Part shown: positions 13,151 through 23,305 of the stretch, piece by piece
Layout: every line of letters begins with the position of its first letter
Position numbering within the stretch: the stretch's first letter is position 1
DNA from: Octopus vulgaris
Taxonomy: Eukaryota
Assembly (NCBI GenBank): GCA_951406725.2
Contig: OX597821.1
Coordinates: 37,138,001 to 37,202,000, forward strand
Direction of reading: 5' to 3'
Length of the DNA: 64,000 nt
Made by a program: the position numbers and the translations under genes
Notes under the pieces: generated by a model
The model's input: only the letters and a program-made list of their open reading frames with translations
Database searches by the model: none
What the model was told of the DNA's origin: nothing

Positions 13151-14326
13151 AAAGCAAAGCACGAGGTAGAGGAATAAAAGGATCAACAAATAAAATTTTA
13201 ACTGCAAGTAGAAGGGGGATTCTCGAATTCGCGAACATTACGGTATCGAATGCACTGACAAACAGTAGAAACCGCTGTTTCATACTTCTTTAACCACTAT
13301 TTCTTTACTTCTGAATCTCACAAACAAGGTCGAAAAAAAATTTGAACCACACACACAAGTAACAAGAGATATCAGAAATATCTTCTCCTTATGCAGCAAC
13401 TGATGTTATTATGTAACCACAAGTCCTTTTCATGATGTAAATATAATATCTTCACGAATAAGTGTAACAGGAAATCACTATATCTTGTGATTAACAGTAG
13501 AAGAGCTGCATGTTGCCTTCCTTGGTTACATTTCTCCTATTGTAGTAGGGAATGGAGCATGATTGAATATTTGTTACCAGGAGACGTGAGATATAAGATG
13601 TCTTCTACGTCGCGAAAGGAACAAGACTTATTAGGGAAGAAAAGAGTAGAGTACAGAGATGGAGGCGACAAGGTGAATGACGAGTAGCAGCTGTAAGACG
13701 AACAAGGTGGACCTATGTCGAAGTAATCGTGTACGAGAAAGAAGACAAAGAGACAACTAAACCCTATAGCCCTAAACGTACACCTCACGCTAAGGCACAT
13801 ACAAACATACATACATATATATATAGATACACACGCGTGCACACGTACAAACGCCCAACACACACACGTACACGCATTCCTGGAAACACTACACTACACA
13901 CACACACATGCAGATATATAGGTATATCCACACACATGTGTGTGTGTGTGTATTAAAGAAAAATACATGAGATAGTGTTATATTTTGTCAGACTTTATGT
14001 CCCGAGTTAAAATTCCGTCTGATTCGACTTCACCTCCGTACCCTTGGGTCCATACTTTGTGCCTGCCACATTTAAGATATTTCAAGGCAAAATTCTCACT
14101 TAAAAATTGATAAATATAAATCATTTTCTAAGGGAAGTAACTCTACCAGGCAAGATTTGCGAAAATACCAGACTTCTTTTCAAATTATCTCCCTTGCAAA
14201 CAAGAAACATAATTCTTGCCATGACTTTGATATGGCAAGTGTTTAAATACAATCCCCCCTTGAAAACGATGGACATAGTTATAAGCATCTTAATACCCAA
14301 TTAAATGGGTTAAGAATCTGCCCTTC

Positions 14327-14732
14327 GGATCTTTTCGGTTTGAACGGTAGTTTTTTCTAGCGGTGTCATATGAAATTGTCACCCATAATTATGACCCTAG
14401 AATCGATCTTTTGCATTTCAATCTGTTTTAGGATTAGGGGTGAGGGGAAGGGTATCTTTTTTCTTCACAAATGTAAATAAACCCAATCTGTTTCTTAAAC
14501 GAGAGACATATTCATACGGCACGGAATGTTTTTTTTACCTCAATAGACGTCATTGATTGGTTGAAATTGCAGAAATTGAAGAAAAAAACAACAAATATCT
14601 TACAAACTATAGAATTTTCTCAATAAAGCCAAGAGATGTTTTATAAACACATTCTACCAGTATATGAAGTTTAAAAGTGTTTAGTTACGTGGAAATTATG
14701 TTAAAAAACTGCTTTTCAAACTGAAAAGAACC
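14327..14732. mobile_element. MITE with about 30-bp terminal inverted repeats (Mutator-like)
   Basis: GGATCTTTTCGGTTTGAACGGTAGTTTTTT ... AAAAAACTGCTTTTCAAACTGAAAAGAACC. The degenerate flanks TCTGCCCTTC and TCTGTCTTTT may be a TSD. Confidence 0.75.
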
Positions 14733-15189
14733 TCTGTCTTTTATTAATATGTGTGTGTATGTATACACACATATATATATATATATATATATAATGGACT
14801 TGGTCGCAAACAGCAGCAGTAATATTCTTCAGCTGAGTACACGCCATTGATTGGTTAAAATTACCGAAATGCAACAACTTTAACACGAAATAAATTAAAA
14901 TTAATTAAAAAATCTGGCTGTCAAATTGAATACTGGCCGGCTTTGTTTCGTGGTGATAAAATTTCAGAGAAATTTCCAATGGTAAAAGAGGTATTATAAA
15001 AAGGTTAAAACAGAAAGTTATTGCCAGGAACTTGGTGCTCATGGCCAAACAAATGCGTTGCCCATCTTGTAAAACTATAACTGAGCAAAATTTACGAAGT
15101 GAAGCGAAAGGAAGCTCTCACTCACAGCGCAGGTTTCAGTACAACAAGAAAAGTTGTAAGAAGTTGGTGAAAAATCTCACATAAACCTC

Positions 15190-17390
15190 TCGACACTTCA
15201 TTTTCGTACATCTACCATGAATCCATTTCTCACATCTTGTACACAATATTGCATTTGCCATTACCCTCCTGCTACATACACCACATGGATCCACCTTATC
15301 CACTAACACTTCTCCTTCCACCCCACTCACCATCATCTTTGTCTTCCCGAGTTTTACCTTCAAACCCTTGCTTTCAAATGACTCCTTCCATTTCCAAAAC
15401 TTCTCCCTCCATCTTCTCACTCATCAGAACATGGTCATCTGCATACAGTATCTCCATTATCAATCCCTCTCTTGCACTCTCTGTCACCACATCAACCATT
15501 ATTGCAAACATCAGTGACAACACAGATCCCTGATGCACACCAACTTTCACCACAAACTCCTCCAACAACTCTGATCCAATTCTCACTCTTGTCTTTAGCC
15601 CCTCATACACACTCATCACTGCTCTCACTATTACCTCTATTACACCTCTCTTTCTCAATGCTCACTCAATCACCTTCCTTGGAACCCTATCAAATGCCTT
15701 CTCCAGATCAACGAAGCACAAGTACAACTCCTTCCCTTTATCTTGGTATTCCTCCTGCAATCTGTTGTCCCCCTTCCTGGCATAAAACCAAATTGCATCT
15801 CATCCACCCCTTTCTGGATTCTCCTCTCCAATACCCTTTCCACTGTCTTCATTGCATTCTCCAATAACTTCACTCCTTTATATGCCCCACAACTCATTGC
15901 ATCCACCTTCCCCTTCAAGATCTGTACCACCAGACTTAGTGCCCAATCATCTGGCATTCCTCTTCCATCCAGCATGCCCTGGCAGAACTCCATCATCACA
16001 ACAATCCCTATCTCTCCACTTGCAGTTATCATTTCAACACTTATGTCTGTTGGACCAGCTGCCTTTCCTGTTTTCATTTCCTTCATTGCCTCTACTACGT
16101 CTTCCCGACTAATCCTCTCCATTGGCCCCTTCACCACAGCAACTTCCACCCTCCCATTCATAATTCCTTCCATATGCTCCTTCCAAATTTTTCCCCTGTC
16201 TTTCTCACTAAAATCCAACCTTTCATCACTGCCCCCTCATGCATCTTCCGCCCTCAACATCTCTTCCACCATTTTTTACATTGATTTAATAAACATAAAC
16301 ACTCTATCTGGGTTCTCATCCAACCTGCTCAACCTCTCCTCAGCCTCCTTACTCATATATCTCACAACCACCCTCCTCGCACGATTCTTCTATTATACAT
16401 GGCTTTCATTTGCTCAGCCCTATTATTACATAAAGCTTTGTGTGCCTCCTTCCTTGCTGTCGCATCCCTCACCTCCTCATTCCACCATCATGTATTTCTT
16501 GAATCTCTCTTACCTTTCATCCTTCCACACACTTTGTCACATGCCTTTAGTACCCCATCTTTAAAAGACTTCCACAAATCCCCATCTCTTTCCTCAAACT
16601 TTGCTCATGTTTCTTCTTCCTTCAGTTTCCACACCTTTCTCCTCTCAACCATTCCCTTTCTCACACACTTTTTAACTTTCCTCTTATCCAAGTTAGCAAC
16701 CACCAGCCTGTGCTGCAACTCCCTTTGGTATTGTCTTCACTTATCTCAGATATTTTCAGTTTTTCCTGCCAACCAACACAAAATCAATCTCTTTCTCATT
16801 CCTTTCTGCACTGAAAGCCACCTTCCTTTTCTCTGTTTTCCTAAACCACGTATTCGCCACACAAAATTCTTTTTCATCGCAAAACTCCAACAGCATCCTT
16901 CCAAATTTCTCTCCCCAATTCAATTTCCCCCATGCATACCCTCAAAGCCCTGGATCCATTTCCCAACATGTCCATTAAAATCACCCATGCCCAAAACCAA
17001 TTCATCTACCCTATGTAAGTCCCACTCATTCACCATTTCATGAAATAACTGCTCTTTTTCAGCAATCCCTCTTCCACTTTGCAGACCATACCCACAAATC
17101 ACCTTTCACCACTTCTTCCTCAAATGCAAACATTACTGTCATCACTCTTTCTCCTGACCTCCACCACCTTCTCACAGATTTCTTCCTTCACCAAAACTCC
17201 AACTCCTCCAGTCCCCCAGCTATTTTCCAAACACCACAACTTGTACCTTCTTCCTTCAACCCCCACAAATCTTGCACACTGGCCCCTCCACCTAACCTCC
17301 TGCACACAGCACGCATCCACCCTCCCCTTCCTCAATTCCTCAGACACTTCAGTTCCCCTTCCACACAGACTGCCCAACCTCATCCCAAGC
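15190..17390 (-). mobile_element. RTE-clade LINE ORF2 remnant (APE endonuclease, RT, Cys/His finger)
   Basis: CVQEVRW, GVGVLV, MGDFNGHVG, GKAAGP, QFGFMPGRGTTD, GVHQGSVLS, LYADD, then CGVC..ILCTRCEKWIHGRC. Multiple frameshifts. Confidence 0.93.
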
Positions 17391-17561
17391 TTCTAGGTAC
17401 AAATGAGAATTCATAGTCAGGATACAAAAGCTGTATGTTCTACATTAATTAACCATGCATGTGTGTGTGTGCACGCGCATGCAGTTCAAAATGTATATGT
17501 GGTGTTCATAGCAACAACATTATTTAAGAATAATTAATATTTTGTATTTGGAACTTCACAG

Positions 17562-17772
17562 ATTTACATTTGACGGATATTTGTCCTCATCTTGTTTATT
17601 GCTAACACAACGTTTCGGCTGATATACCCGCCAGCTTTCATCAGGTGTCTTGGGGAAATTTCGAACCTGGAAGGTATTTTTCGATGTTATTATTATTCAG
17701 GTCACTGCCTGGAATCGAACTCGGAATTTTGGGGTTAGTAGCCCACGCTCTTAACTACTACGCCATATGCCC
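17562..17772 (-). mobile_element. tRNA-headed SINE-like element carrying a hammerhead motif
   Basis: Minus strand: GGGCATATGGCGTAGTAGTTAAGAGC (A box) ... GAGTTCGATTCCAGGC (B box), then (AAT)n, then CCCCAAGACAC-CTGATGA...GAAACGTTGTGTT. Confidence 0.75.
17604..17649 (-). ncRNA. Minimal type I hammerhead ribozyme motif
   Basis: GACAC CUGAUGA A AGCUG(loop)CAGCC GAAA CGUU GUGUU: stem I GACAC/GUGUU, stem II GCUG/CAGC, palindromic ACGU stem III, cleavage triplet GUU. Confidence 0.65.
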
Positions 17773-17779
17773 ACGGCAT

Positions 17780-17852
17780 AACGACGACGACGACGACGAC
17801 AACAACAACAACAACAACAACGACAACGACGACGACGACAACAACAACAACG
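17780..17852. repeat. (GAC)n/(AAC)n compound microsatellite
   Basis: Seen directly. Confidence 0.9.
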
Positions 17853-18324
17853 AAAAATACCTTACGAATGAGAATCCAGGTTCTCATTTCTATATCAGCC
17901 GAAACGTTGCATTAGCAACAAATAATATGAGGACAAATAACCGTCAAATGTAAATAATGCACATAATTCCCCATCCCTTAAATATGGAACTGTATGAACT
18001 TCACAAACTTTTGTTGTTCTATAAACCAAACCAATACATATCTTCGTTATATATATTTACGGATAACTATGACTGCTGACATCGAAATTGGTTGAAATTC
18101 CAAAAATTATTTTTGAGATTCGTAAACTTTTTTTTTATTATTAATTTCTCAAAAATGAAAAATGTTTAGATTTTCCCAACTAGCATGAAAAACTAAATGT
18201 GGTTGGAATTTTTGTTTTAAAAATCAGGTCTTGTGTGCCAAATCAAAATGATTCTAGAGATAAAATATTTCACATAAGTGACTTCTTTTTGTAAATTGGG
18301 TGGGGTGTATAAAATGGTTTGGAA

Positions 18325-18651
18325 TCTCTATATATATAAACGGCAAAATGTCTGCATGTGTGTCCTTTATACAAATCCACAATTTTTTCAGTTAGAGGGC
18401 TCGCACTTTCTATGGTCATTCAAAACCATCCAAAGGTGGTCGTGCACATCTTTACATTTCCGCAGACACCCCACAAAGCCATTAAAAAATCAATAGAAGT
18501 AACTTTTTTGTGAATTTTCTATCCAAAACCCAATCAAAATGCCCGGAACTTGATATGCCAATTGAATGCCAGCTAGCTGTATGTGATAAGTCGGAGATTT
18601 GGACAGTACTCGCGTGTCTGTGCGCACGCACTAGCTGTATATGCATGCTAG
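18325..18651 (+). mobile_element. Short non-autonomous Helitron-like element, family A
   Basis: A|TC 5' end (TCTCTATATATATAAA) and CTAG|T 3' end; opposite-strand homolog at 56554-56889. Confidence 0.7.
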
Positions 18652-18711
18652 TTACATATAAAAATGTCATTGTGCTCACAGAAGTCGCCTTCGATTAGTA
18701 CTGGGGGATGA

Positions 18712-19110
18712 GGCGGCGAGCTGGCAGAAACGTTAGAACGCCGGGCGAAATGCGTAGCCGTATTTCGTCTGCCGTTGCGTTCTGAGTTCAAATTCCGCCG
18801 AGGTCGACTTTGCCTTTTATCCTTTCGGGGTCGATAAATTAAGTACCAGTTACGCACTGGGGTTCGACACAATCGACTTAATCCGTTTGTCTGTCGTTAT
18901 TTGTCCTCTCTGTGTTTGGTCCCTTGTAGGTAGTAAAGAAATAGATATTTCGTCTGCTGCTACGTTCTGAGTTCAAATTCCGCCGAGGTCGACTTTGCCT
19001 TTCATCCTTTCGGGCTCGATAAATTAAGTACCAATTGCGTACTTGGGATCGATTTAATCGACTGGCTCCCTCCCCAAAAATGTCGGGCCCTTGTGCCTAG
19101 AGTAGAAAAT
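18712..19110 (+). mobile_element. SINE family 1, full copy plus tandem 5'-truncated copy
   Basis: GGCGGCGAGCTGGCAGAAACGTTAG (A box) and GAGTTCAAATTCC (B box); the body repeats from about 18945. Confidence 0.85.
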
Positions 19111-19189
19111 ATTAAATTATGCAAATTTTTTTTCTTTCAATAACTCATGAGGAAACCCGGTTGAGAATGGCACAAACCTGAAACTTTGC

Positions 19190-19374
19190 GGTACTACCAG
19201 CGAACAGTGGTCCCGGTGCGCGCATCCGCGCTAGCTAGTCGTGACTAGTCGATCCTACAACGACTACCTAGCAAAGTAAATAAAACACAAAATAAATCAT
19301 TTTTGTTAAACACAGAGTAAAGATCGACTAGCTAGCGCGTGCGCGCACCGGCACCACTGTTCGCTAGCAGTACC
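19190..19374. mobile_element. Mutator-like MITE with perfect 9-bp TSD
   Basis: TIRs GGTACTACCAGCGAACAGTGGTCCCGGTGCGCGCA / TGCGCGCACCGGCACCACTGTTCGCTAGCAGTACC. AAACTTTGC is duplicated at 19181-19189 and 19375-19383. Confidence 0.9.
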
Positions 19375-19439
19375 AAACTTTGCCTCATCTTAATAATATT
19401 TATAATTTGCCTTGTTAGACTCCAGGCTGTTGGCACTAA

Positions 19440-19545
19440 CCCCGCCTAACCTAAGATTCCACTTCTGATTGGTCAACTCGCGCATCTGATGGCGATGACG
19501 CAATTCGTGTCATGCGCACTGCCGACGGCGCGCGATTTAAATTTT
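19440..19545 (+). promoter_or_regulatory. Putative HAUS1 core promoter: GC box, inverted CCAAT, CDE/CHR-like tandem site
   Basis: CCCGCC at 19441, ATTGG at 19468-19472, GGCGC(19527-31)-4 nt-TTTAAA(19536-41); locally CpG-rich just upstream of the ATG. Confidence 0.55.
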
Positions 19546-19559
19546 CAACTGCATTCATC

Positions 19560-20179
19560 ATGTCGGATGTAGGAAGTTCGTTTGAAATTGAAGAATGGCT
19601 TCAGGAAATATTAGGGAAAGGGGATTATTTATATGAAGCTAATAATCGAAGTTTGTGTCTACTGAAGCAACTGATGTGTATAAACAAAATTTCAAAGAAA
19701 AATGATGTGTTAAGATTATCCGATTTACACGACAAAACCATGGAATACCGACAAGAAATGTTCTCTTACAAGGCAGCCACAGAATATCTGGGAATCGTTC
19801 CTGCTCTGCTAAACACGTCTGGCTTTAGTAATCTGAAAATATTGACAACACTTGCCCAGAAACTGTTTTCCAATCAAATTAATGATAATTTCAGTGACAA
19901 TTGTTACATGATGGCATTAATGTATTTGCACCAAAAATTTGCTCTCGTGAAAAATGATGGCATTGCTTCCAAGCAAAGCCTTTTCGACTTGAATTCCTCG
20001 ACCAGTGGCCAAATTGATAACGAACAACTCATAGAAACAACTGACTGTTTACGTAAAAGAATAACCTCTTCTAAATTAGAAGAAGAGATGAAAATGAGTA
20101 AATATTTTGCGTCAAAGAACAATTCCTATAAGAATCGCTTTAATCAAGAGAACAAGAAATTAACTGAAACTGGCGTTAA
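19560..20179 (+). CDS. HAUS1: HAUS augmin-like complex subunit 1 homolog, exon 1
   Basis: IEEWLQEILG..YEANNRSLCLL..L...DLHDKTMEY and ALLNTSGFSNLKIL align by eye with the HAUS1 N-terminus (WLKKIFG, YEVNPRT, DLKQKASEY). Donor AA|gtatga, phase 2. Confidence 0.8.
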
Positions 20180-20539
20180 GTATGAATCTTTTTTTTTGGT
20201 TTTCCTACAAAATTATGTTCAAAACTATTTACGATTGAAGTTCTGGTTGTGCACTTGCAAGTTTGAAAACTAAATATTAAAAATCACAGCTTATTTTCGA
20301 GAGAATGCATAATAGCAAAACAAAATATTGTTTACAATAGGGAGCCAAATATTGTTTATATTACGAGGAGATGGGTAATTAAGTATTTAATTAAAAACAG
20401 GGTAATCTTTCAGTATGGGGCATTTCAGAATATTTTATATATATAACCTGTAAACAATATTTCGTCTCGATATTTTAAGCAAACCATGTTTTTAGACACA
20501 TACCATTTCCTCGAAAAATAGGGCTTGCTCCACATTTGA

Positions 20540-20690
20540 TAAGAACAGCCGTCCTCATCCATATACAACACATCACCATAGCAGCATAGTCGTCTCTCTT
20601 GCACACTGACATAACACATCCAGCGGATGCTTCACCACCTTATCCCAAGTCTTCCTGGGTCTACCTCTTCCACAGTTTCCCCTCAATCGC
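20540..20690 (-). mobile_element. RTE 3'-end fragment
   Basis: GRGRPRKTWDKVVKH and VQERRL..YG.VL.MDED motifs. Confidence 0.65.
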
Positions 20691-20821
20691 ATTTTCAACA
20701 TTTCAATTACCCCTGCCCCTTCATTTCTCACTTTTCCCGGAATTTTAATTTTTTTTTTATATTTGCGAAATACGTAGAAAAATACTAAGATTACGATTCT
20801 GAAAAAAATTTGTAAAATTTC

Positions 20822-21150
20822 AACCAACCACATGGTTCCAGGTTCAGTCCAACTGCGTGGCACCTTGGGCGAGTGTCTTCTATTAAAGCCTCGGGCCGAC
20901 CAAATCCTTGTGAGTGGATTTGGAAACTGAAAGAAGCCCATCATATATATGTATATACATATGTGTGTGTGTTTGTCCACTCACCATCGCTTGACAACCG
21001 ATGCTGGTGTGTTTATGTAACCGTAACTTAGCAGTTCGGCAAAATAGATCGATAGAATAATTACTAGGCTTCGAAAGATTTGCTCGACTAAAGGCGGTGC
21101 TCCAGCATGACCGCAGTCAAATGACTGAAACAAGTAAAATAAAAGAAAGA
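20822..21150 (+). mobile_element. tRNA-derived SINE family 2, 5'-truncated
   Basis: ACCAACCACATGGTTCCAGGTTCAGTCC...GGCACCTTGGGC...AAATGACTGAAACAAGTAAA. Confidence 0.85.
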
Positions 21151-21720
21151 ATATACACTCAGGCCGTCAAAGCAGGCTATCCATATGCTAGAAATAACAG
21201 CCAAATCTCACAACACTGCATTAACATAATGTAATCAATCTACTCACCTTTCTGCAAAGATTTCTTTCAGAGCAATTTCCCGAAGTAATATGACAAAGTA
21301 ATTCATGTGAAATAATTTTTTTTTTTTTAACTTATTTACGGAAAAAGTGAAAAATGAAGGGTGGGGGTGGATTTAAATTTTGAAAATGCGATTCTTGAAA
21401 TTTTTTCCCCCAGAATCGGATCCTCCATAACCAAAATCGTGGCATTCCGTAAAATATATTATATATATATATATATAGGTGCTATTTAAGAAGAGTGATC
21501 CGGGACCACCCTTCTTAAATAGTACCATATATCCAATCGGATCTTGTGAATTTTCCGAATGCCCCCTCCCCACCGCAGGGTCGTCATCGCGCATTTTTTC
21601 TTTCATATTCGCTTTCTACATAATTGCTAACACCCACCAGGCTTGTTTAATTTTTTTTTTTTTTCTTGTTCCCATTGACCACTGTCATGCATCGGCTTGA
21701 AAGAAATGAAGCTAGTATGA

Positions 21721-22262
21721 GGTACTACTACCGAACAGCGGTCCCGGTACGCGCAGTCGAACTAGCTAGTCGTGACTAGTTGATCCTACAGCGACTACCT
21801 AGCAAAGTAAATAACATAGGCGTAGGAGTGGCTGTGTGGTAAGTAGCTTGCTTACCAACCACATGGTTCCGGGTTCAGTCCCACTGCGTGGCACCTTGGG
21901 CAAGTGTCTTCTACTATAGCCTCGGGCCGACCAAAGTCTTGTGAGTGGATTTGGTTTGACTGAAACTGAGAGAAGCCCGTCTTATCTATGTATATATTTA
22001 TGTGTTTGTGTCAGTTTGTTCCCCCAACATCGCTTGACAATCGATGCTGGTGCGTTTACGTCAAAAGAGACTGATAGAATAAGTACTAGACTTACAAACA
22101 ATAAGTCCTGGGGGTCGATTTGCTCGACTAAAGGCAGTGCTCCAGCATAGCCACAGTCAAATGGCTGAAACAAGTAAAAGAGTAACACACAAAAACACAG
22201 GGTAAGGATCGACTAGTCATGACTAGCTAACGCAGATGCGCGCACTGTTCGCTAGTAGTACC
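21721..22262. mobile_element. Second copy of the Mutator-like MITE, interrupted by a SINE
   Basis: Starts GGTACTACTACCGAACAGCGGTCCCGG and ends CACTGTTCGCTAGTAGTACC; homologous to 19190-19374. Confidence 0.85.
21819..22182 (+). mobile_element. SINE family 2, full length, nested in the MITE
   Basis: GGCGTAGGAGTGGCTGTGTGGTAAG (A box), GGTTCAGTCCC (B-box-like) and a GTAAAAGA tail. Confidence 0.9.
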
Positions 22263-23079
22263 CTAATTAGTCACTGACTAGTGACTGAGACCTTTGGAAA
22301 TATGCTTTGCTTGAGAAGACCCGGCAAGCCAAGTGAGACGATAATCCGTGGTGTAACCAGCCCACTTAAGCGTACCTTTCTTTCATTGGACACTAAACTC
22401 TGCTTGCGAAGACCTGTTGAAGCAAGTGAAATCGAAATCAAATTCGATGACTGGCATCCGTGCTAGTGGAGCGCTAAGAGCACCATCTGATCGTGATCGT
22501 TACCAGCTTCGCCTTACTACCACTTGTGCTGGTGGTATGTGAAAAACAACATTCGAGCAAGGGCGTTGCCAGTGCCACTAGACTGGCTCCTGTGCAGGTG
22601 ACATGTAAAAATGCCATTTGAGCGTGGCTGTTGGTAGTACTGCCTGACTGGCCCCTACATGATTTTAGTTCTATCGTCTTGTATAAATAGATTAAAAGGA
22701 CTTGAAATACTGCTTTAAATAACTTTTGAAGGCTATTGGTGCAATTAGTAAATTTCATATTTTTAATAAGCTTGATAATGCCCTCTATACCCAAACTTTT
22801 TTGGTCATGACCCTAAATACAATTTTGGCCTGGCCCAGCGACCCCTCAATAAGTGTGCATACATGTAGTGCTAATTACCAATAATTCCACTTATTTATAA
22901 TTGTATATAGTTTTATTGAGTAAATTTATACTAATTTGGTCTACCAAATTTTGGTTAAGGTTTCAGCATGATATAATTTTTATTTACAGTATCTTTGTAT
23001 ATTTGATTAAGACATGTTAGTTTGACTTCTGATTTTATTCTTGTCTTATAGGTAAATGATCTTCACATTTGTTTTTCAG

Positions 23080-23305
23080 ATCTTATCTACATCATGGACA
23101 TTTAGAGAAAAATTCTCAGGAGGTATCCAAATTGCAGAGATTAACTTCCACAATTCAAACAAAATTGTCAGTCTATGAAAAATTGCCTGCAAGTTTTAAT
23201 TTATTGAACATAACATTAGCTGAAAAACAAGCTGAGAAGGCATGCTTGGAAGAAAAATTAAATCTGCTTTTTAAACAAGTTGACATCTCTGATGAACTGA
23301 AATAA
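23080..23305 (+). CDS. HAUS1: HAUS1 homolog, exon 2 (terminal)
   Basis: tttttcag acceptor is phase-2 compatible. LHHGHL...IQTKLSVYEKLP..LAEKQAE matches the HAUS1 C-terminus (LSHQSL, LKKKLESYLDLMP). The spliced product is 281 aa. Confidence 0.8.

Noticed and set aside
13400-13800. Possible 5' or solo LTR of the Gypsy remnant
   Set aside because: No clear primer-binding site, second LTR or TSD could be identified.
15743-17043. Long plus-strand ORFs (273 aa, 214 aa)
   Set aside because: Antisense shadows of the minus-strand RTE ORF2.
17700-17772. Functional tRNA gene
   Set aside because: The acceptor stem does not pair well and the sequence runs into a repeat body, so it is treated as a SINE head. 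40103-40136 is likewise only a half tRNA.
19512-20273. Single-exon 253-aa ORF as the whole gene
   Set aside because: HAUS1 similarity starts near ATG 19560 and continues in exon 23080-23305. The ORF tail reads into the intron, and ATG 19512 lies within the promoter motifs.
20708-21370. Inverted repeat of about 33 bp (20708-20740 versus 21337-21370) in the HAUS1 intron
   Set aside because: Probably internal parts of an old DNA transposon; termini and TSD are not definable.
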